Part shown: positions 59,994 to 64,000 of the stretch, piece by piece
Position numbering within the stretch: position 1 is the first letter of the stretch
Layout of the letters: each line of letters starts with the position of its first letter
From: Bacillota bacterium
GTDB taxonomy: Bacteria; Bacillota; Clostridia; Christensenellales; UBA1242
Reading direction: 5' to 3'
Assembly: GCA_009780375.1 (NCBI GenBank)
Contig: WRAD01000001.1
Location: 48,228 to 112,227, forward strand
DNA length: 64,000 nucleotides
Notes under the pieces: model-generated
What the model was told of the DNA's origin: nothing
The model's input: only the letters and a program-made list of their open reading frames with translations
The model's database searches: none
Made by a program: the position numbers and the translations under genes

Positions 59994-61304
59994 ATGGAAT
60001 CAATTTGGAAAAAATATTTAAAGCCTATTGACAATGTTAAAAAAACAGATGCAAAAGTTACAAAACTTGATTGCATAGTTGTGGGAGGCGGGATCGCAGG
60101 CATAATGTGTGCCTATATGCTTGCAAAAGAGGGTCAGAAAGTAACAATTATTGAGGCGGCCCAAGTTCTAGGCGGTGTGACATCTAACACAACCGCCCAT
60201 GTTACAAGTTTACAAGGAAGATACAGAGACATACCTGGTGCAAAAAGACGAAAGTTATTTTTCCAAAGCCAACAACAAGGGATAGACGGAATCGAAGAAC
60301 TTGTTAATAAACACAAAATAGACTGTGATTTTCAAAGGACAGATGGTATTGTATTTGGAAATGGCAAACCTTTAAAAAAAGAATTCAAGGTAATGAAAAA
60401 AATTTCCAGTGATATAAGATTAGAAAAAAACAAGAAACTCCCATTTGGTGATTTCGATTGCATAACTTTGAACATGCAAGCCCGATTTAATCCAATCAAC
60501 TTTTGTTATGGAATAATAAAAGCCGGTAATTTTGACATAATTGAGAATTGTCGTATCAAAAAAGTTTGTTTAATGAAAAAAAGACTTGAAACCGAGAACA
60601 TGATTTTTAAATACAACAAAGTTGTCTTTGCCACAGGGTTTCCGATTATAAACATTCGAGGTATTTATGCGTTCAAAATGTATAAATCTTCTTCATACGC
60701 AATTTGCAAGAACAATTCACAGCAGCTAGGTGCAATTTACAATTCGGTTGAATCTGATGGAATGACATATAGAGATTCCGAAGATGGAGTTATAATTGGT
60801 GGTTTTGATCATAGAACCGGTCGACATAAATGTAGCAAATACTTTTCAAAACTTGGTGATGGTAAATTCAAATGGGCGGCAAATGATTGCATGACCTTTG
60901 ATGGTATTCCATACGCAGGTCGTTTATTACGTGTATTCGCACGCGATACATATGTAATAAGTGGATTTTCAAAGTACGGCATGGTGAACAGTTTTATATC
61001 GGCAAAGATAATCGCAGATACTGTTTCTCGCAAAAAGAATCTATATAAAAGACTTTTCAAGCCAACACGTGTTTTGAATGTCAAAGTTTGGCCTTTATTC
61101 TTTTTGAATTTTTTATTGGATGCGAAAAATCTCACGGCAGGACTTTTCAGCAGTGGCAAACGAAGATGCCCACATATGGGGTGCAGGTTAAAATTTAATC
61201 CTAACACAAAGACATTTGATTGTCCATGTCATGGATCACGACTTACAAAAAAAGGCGATATAATCATAAGTCCGACGGTTGACGCAAATGAAAAATTATT
61301 GTAA
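59994..61304 (+). CDS. FAD-dependent oxidoreductase with a C-terminal Rieske [2Fe-2S] domain
   Basis: N-terminal dinucleotide motif VVGGGIAGIMCAYMLAKEG and C-terminal CPHMGC...CPCHGS Rieske ligands. CATAAT 6 nt upstream of the ATG. Confidence 0.75.
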   Translation: MESIWKKYLKPIDNVKKTDAKVTKLDCIVVGGGIAGIMCAYMLAKEGQKVTIIEAAQVLGGVTSNTTAHVTSLQGRYRDIPGAKRRKLFFQSQQQGIDGIEELVNKHKIDCDFQRTDGIVFGNGKPLKKEFKVMKKISSDIRLEKNKKLPFGDFDCITLNMQARFNPINFCYGIIKAGNFDIIENCRIKKVCLMKKRLETENMIFKYNKVVFATGFPIINIRGIYAFKMYKSSSYAICKNNSQQLGAIYNSVESDGMTYRDSEDGVIIGGFDHRTGRHKCSKYFSKLGDGKFKWAANDCMTFDGIPYAGRLLRVFARDTYVISGFSKYGMVNSFISAKIIADTVSRKKNLYKRLFKPTRVLNVKVWPLFFLNFLLDAKNLTAGLFSSGKRRCPHMGCRLKFNPNTKTFDCPCHGSRLTKKGDIIISPTVDANEKLL

Positions 61305-61886
61305 TTCTAATTGTTCAGAAAGATATTTCAGGTCCGCAATTTGAGGTTGGGCAAACGTATCATTGTCATTTGTTACAACTATAAATGTTCCTCGTATTGG
61401 TTTGCCACTTTCAAGACGTTTCTGTAAATTTTTTGTAACCGAAAGAAAGGCAAATGCTTTAACATTTGCAAGTTCAATTTTTGTTTTCCCGGCCCAATCT
61501 TCTTCCCAAATATCACTCCCACTTACTTCATCGCCATTTAACCAGTTTACTTTTGCCTCAGAATCTAAAGCGGTTGATATAGAAGATAATGAATTTGCAT
61601 TTTTGATTTTGATTGCTTTTTCAAGCACTATACTTTGTGACTTCAAAGTTACAAGATTTTTTGGCATCGCTATAACATGGAAAAAGTCAAAGAAATACCA
61701 AATAAAATAGAGCCAAGAAAGGAATACGATTATCGCTATCACGGTTAACATCCAATAAAGAAAACTTGGAATTACATTTTCAATGTCTGTACGAAATATT
61801 CCGAAAGGAATTATAAACGCTAAACAGATAACAATTGGCAAAAGTGCGAATAAAAAATTTTGACGCGTTGCAATAACCTTATTCAT
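61296..61886 (-). CDS. Hypothetical membrane protein (2 N-terminal TM segments plus a soluble C-terminal domain)
   Basis: 196-aa ORF with two hydrophobic helices. Its 3' end overlaps the convergent oxidoreductase gene by 9 nt. Confidence 0.5.
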   Translation of the reverse strand: MNKVIATRQNFLFALLPIVICLAFIIPFGIFRTDIENVIPSFLYWMLTVIAIIVFLSWLYFIWYFFDFFHVIAMPKNLVTLKSQSIVLEKAIKIKNANSLSSISTALDSEAKVNWLNGDEVSGSDIWEEDWAGKTKIELANVKAFAFLSVTKNLQKRLESGKPIRGTFIVVTNDNDTFAQPQIADLKYLSEQLELQ

Positions 61887-62020
61887 ACTATATCATAGCA
61901 CGCAAAATGCAAATCCAGAACCTTTATTTTTGAATACCTGAAAAATTATGACCATCAATTTTTGCTAATTTATCATCTGGCAAGCAACTGTAACTGACTT
62001 GATGAAAAAGTTGCAATAAA

Positions 62021-63748
62021 TTATTTCTCACTATCTTTTTCATTATCTTGTTGCGATTGATTCCATTCATTCCAATCTTTTTGAATTTGTGCTTCGTCAA
62101 TAGAACTTTGTCGGAATTGCTCAAGTGTCATGCCAAGAACTTGAACACAAACTTGTTCGCCCATTTGTGAAAAATAATCTCGCAGTTGTGACATGTCATT
62201 TGAATATTCAGAACGTTCGGCATCCGACATATGTTGCATATCTTCCAAACGAGAATACCCACCACCATACTTTTCTTGTACTTTTTGAACAAGGGTTGCG
62301 ACTTCGGTTGCCTTTGTCATGTCGTTGTTAAGGTGACGTGCGAAATAGTTTGCCCAAGCATTTGTATTAATTGTTTTGTCGGTTTGTTGTTCTTTGTGGC
62401 TTTCGTTGATAACTGCAAGAGTGCTTATTGTATAGTCGTTGCCGATGTCAAGATTAATAATCCACCATTGCATGCCATAATCGCTTTGCATTTGTGGCAA
62501 TGTGTCGTCATGGTGTTGTTGTAACAATTCAAATTCTTTGTCTAGGCTTTCTCGGTCACGGATTTGTGCACCCTCGTTTAATTTTCGCACAAGTGTCGCA
62601 ATTCGTTTAACATCATCGGCAAACATTTTTTGTTCAACTTTGTCTTGTGCTTTGTTGCCGGAAATTGTTTGGTCGGCTGGCAATTCGTAATACGATGAAA
62701 TCATGTCATATTGAAATGCAAGTTCTTGCAACGATTTTTTGGCAACATTAATATCGTGTTGATCTTGATGCGTTATTGGTTTTAATGGCTCGCTTGATTT
62801 GATTGGTTTTGGTGGGGTTGGTGCTTTGGGTGGTAAAGGTGGGGTTGGCATGGAGAATGTTGGTTGTTGGGGTGTTTGTTCAGATTCTATTGTTGTTTCA
62901 ATAAAAGGTGTTATTGCATCAATATCCTCCTGCGTATAACTTCTATCAATCAACCTAGATGCACGATTAAATCCGATACGAAAATCTCTTTGAAGTCGTG
63001 ATGTCATAGGCTGTCCAGTTGAATCTTGGGCATCATAAATGCGATCTAAAAATTCTTCCGTTGTGATTTGTCCACCTTTGAATTGTTCAATACAATCTTT
63101 CATTTCTTGTGGTGTTCTAATCGTTTTGTTTTCTTGTCTGTTATCTTGATAAATCTCATTTGCTATAGTGTCGTAAACTTGCACCAATGTTTCTGTATTG
63201 AAAAATGATTCATTTTCAAACATTGAACGATATCTGTTTTCTTCTTTTTTATTTACCGCTTGCCAATGCAAAACTGTCCAATCTACTTCATCTTCATTTT
63301 GCAAGTTTTTAAGTTCATCAAACATCAACGCCACAAAATCGTTTGAATTATAATCAGCAACATCTACAAATTCTTTTACAAGTTCTGTAAACAATTCTAT
63401 TGTTGTTGGTGTGATTGCTTGTTGGTCTTGGTTGTGGATAGTGATTTTTGGTGTTTTTTCCGTTTCACGTTCTGCTTTCTCATACAAGTTAAACAAGTTT
63501 TGAATTTTATCCAAAGCAACTACTTTAGTTACTAGTCCAATTTCGTCAAGCAATGAATACATTTGCCAATAACTAACTTCAAGACCAAGCAATGAATCAA
63601 TTTCGTATTGCGTAAGCATATCACCACCAGTTGCACTGCGATACGTAAAATATTCGACTGCGGTTTTGAAAATTTCCCAATCGTATACTTCATAATCACC
63701 AGACAATAAATGTTTTTTCATCGCATTTTGAATTTGTTCGTCTGTCAT
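62021..63748 (-). CDS. Large acidic hypothetical protein with an FtsK-gamma-like winged-helix motif and a Pro-rich linker
   Basis: GGAGG SD before the ATG at 63748. SRLQRDFRIGFNRASRLIDR resembles the FtsK gamma LQRRLRIGYNRAARLI. Linker is PTPPLPPKAPTPPKP. Confidence 0.6.
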   Translation of the reverse strand: MTDEQIQNAMKKHLLSGDYEVYDWEIFKTAVEYFTYRSATGGDMLTQYEIDSLLGLEVSYWQMYSLLDEIGLVTKVVALDKIQNLFNLYEKAERETEKTPKITIHNQDQQAITPTTIELFTELVKEFVDVADYNSNDFVALMFDELKNLQNEDEVDWTVLHWQAVNKKEENRYRSMFENESFFNTETLVQVYDTIANEIYQDNRQENKTIRTPQEMKDCIEQFKGGQITTEEFLDRIYDAQDSTGQPMTSRLQRDFRIGFNRASRLIDRSYTQEDIDAITPFIETTIESEQTPQQPTFSMPTPPLPPKAPTPPKPIKSSEPLKPITHQDQHDINVAKKSLQELAFQYDMISSYYELPADQTISGNKAQDKVEQKMFADDVKRIATLVRKLNEGAQIRDRESLDKEFELLQQHHDDTLPQMQSDYGMQWWIINLDIGNDYTISTLAVINESHKEQQTDKTINTNAWANYFARHLNNDMTKATEVATLVQKVQEKYGGGYSRLEDMQHMSDAERSEYSNDMSQLRDYFSQMGEQVCVQVLGMTLEQFRQSSIDEAQIQKDWNEWNQSQQDNEKDSEK

Positions 63749-63902
63749 AGAAACCTCCATATCGTTTGTGATGCATAAAAATTACCGAAACTATTAAATT
63801 GTGGTTTGCTTGTCAGGCACTATAAATTATACTACATTTGAACTAAAATGAAAAGACAAAAGTTACGGGGCAATAACACAATAAATTACTTATTGGCGGA
63901 CG

Positions 63903-63934
63903 AACAAAAAACCAAGATTTACTCTCGGTTTTTT
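63903..63934 (-). terminator. Intrinsic terminator after the partial upstream minus-strand CDS
   Basis: Minus strand reads AAAAAACCGAGagtaaatCTTGGTTTTTTGTTCG. It shares the TTTTGTTC tail seen at other terminators. Confidence 0.6.
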
Positions 63935-63937
63935 GGT

Positions 63938-64000
63938 TTACCATGGGGTGTCAAACTTGGATTTTCTTTTCACGACCTGTTCAACTTCGCACGATATTCG
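63938..64000 (-). CDS. 3' end of an unidentified CDS continuing beyond the window
   Basis: Open frame to the window edge ending ...RISCEVEQVVKRKSKFDTPW-stop, followed by a terminator. Confidence 0.35.
   Translation of the reverse strand, partial: RISCEVEQVVKRKSKFDTPW

Noticed and set aside
1-64000. An alternative genetic code (for example TGA as Trp), given the low GC content and small-genome flavour.
   Set aside because: Conserved proteins end at TGA as well as at TAA and TAG at the expected C-termini (for example LysR, TmcAL, metK). No conserved gene is interrupted by an in-frame TGA.
1-64000. tRNA, rRNA, tmRNA, RNase P or SRP RNA genes in the longer intergenic regions.
   Set aside because: No cloverleaf-like GTTCGAATC T-arm signatures or rRNA-like conserved blocks were seen in any intergenic region over 100 nt. 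A cmscan/tRNAscan run would be needed to be certain.

Overview
This window is a low-GC, Firmicutes/Clostridia-like chromosomal segment that uses the standard genetic code (TGA, TAA and TAG all end conserved proteins). It holds about 70 CDS.

Most are housekeeping genes: mnmE, ftsH, comEC, holB, ricT, rlmB, mrnC, hup, rsmD, alr, metK, tmcAL, recD2, folD, potABCD, tsaE/tsaB, lspA, rluD, rimM-trmD and rpsO-pnp. Sporulation/germination-type genes are also present: a SpoVB/MurJ-like flippase, YlbJ-like, YtaF-like, and GerAB/GerAC-like. I found no rRNA, tRNA, CRISPR array, transposase or integrase.

Four things stand out.
1. A dispersed ~70-nt repeat family has 9 copies plus a solo 3' module. Copies dock on terminator T-tracts and carry their own terminator-like hairpin. 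Eight of nine lie on the + strand. Two copies bracket, and apparently truncate, a gerAC-like gene.
2. Leaderless gene architecture is pervasive. In about 29 genes, mostly first genes of transcription units, a TGnTAtAaT extended -10 box sits 5-9 nt upstream of the start codon and no Shine-Dalgarno is present. Operon-internal genes keep strong SD sites.
3. An XRE-headed locus contains an orphan VirD4/TraG-type coupling ATPase, a BCCP-like protein that lacks the biotinyl-lysine, a beta-propeller membrane protein and a duplicated-domain lipoprotein.
4. Several unusual proteins occur:
   - ComEC is split from two tandem membrane-anchored MBL paralogs.
   - FtsH has a ~230-aa ectodomain.
   - S15 has a Lys-rich N-terminal extension.
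   - There is a HEPN-like RNxxxH protein.
   - A large acidic protein carries an FtsK-gamma-like motif.
   - There is an unannotated ogt remnant.

Motif coordinates were counted by hand and may be off by 1-2 nt. All functional calls rest on motif recognition, not on database searches.
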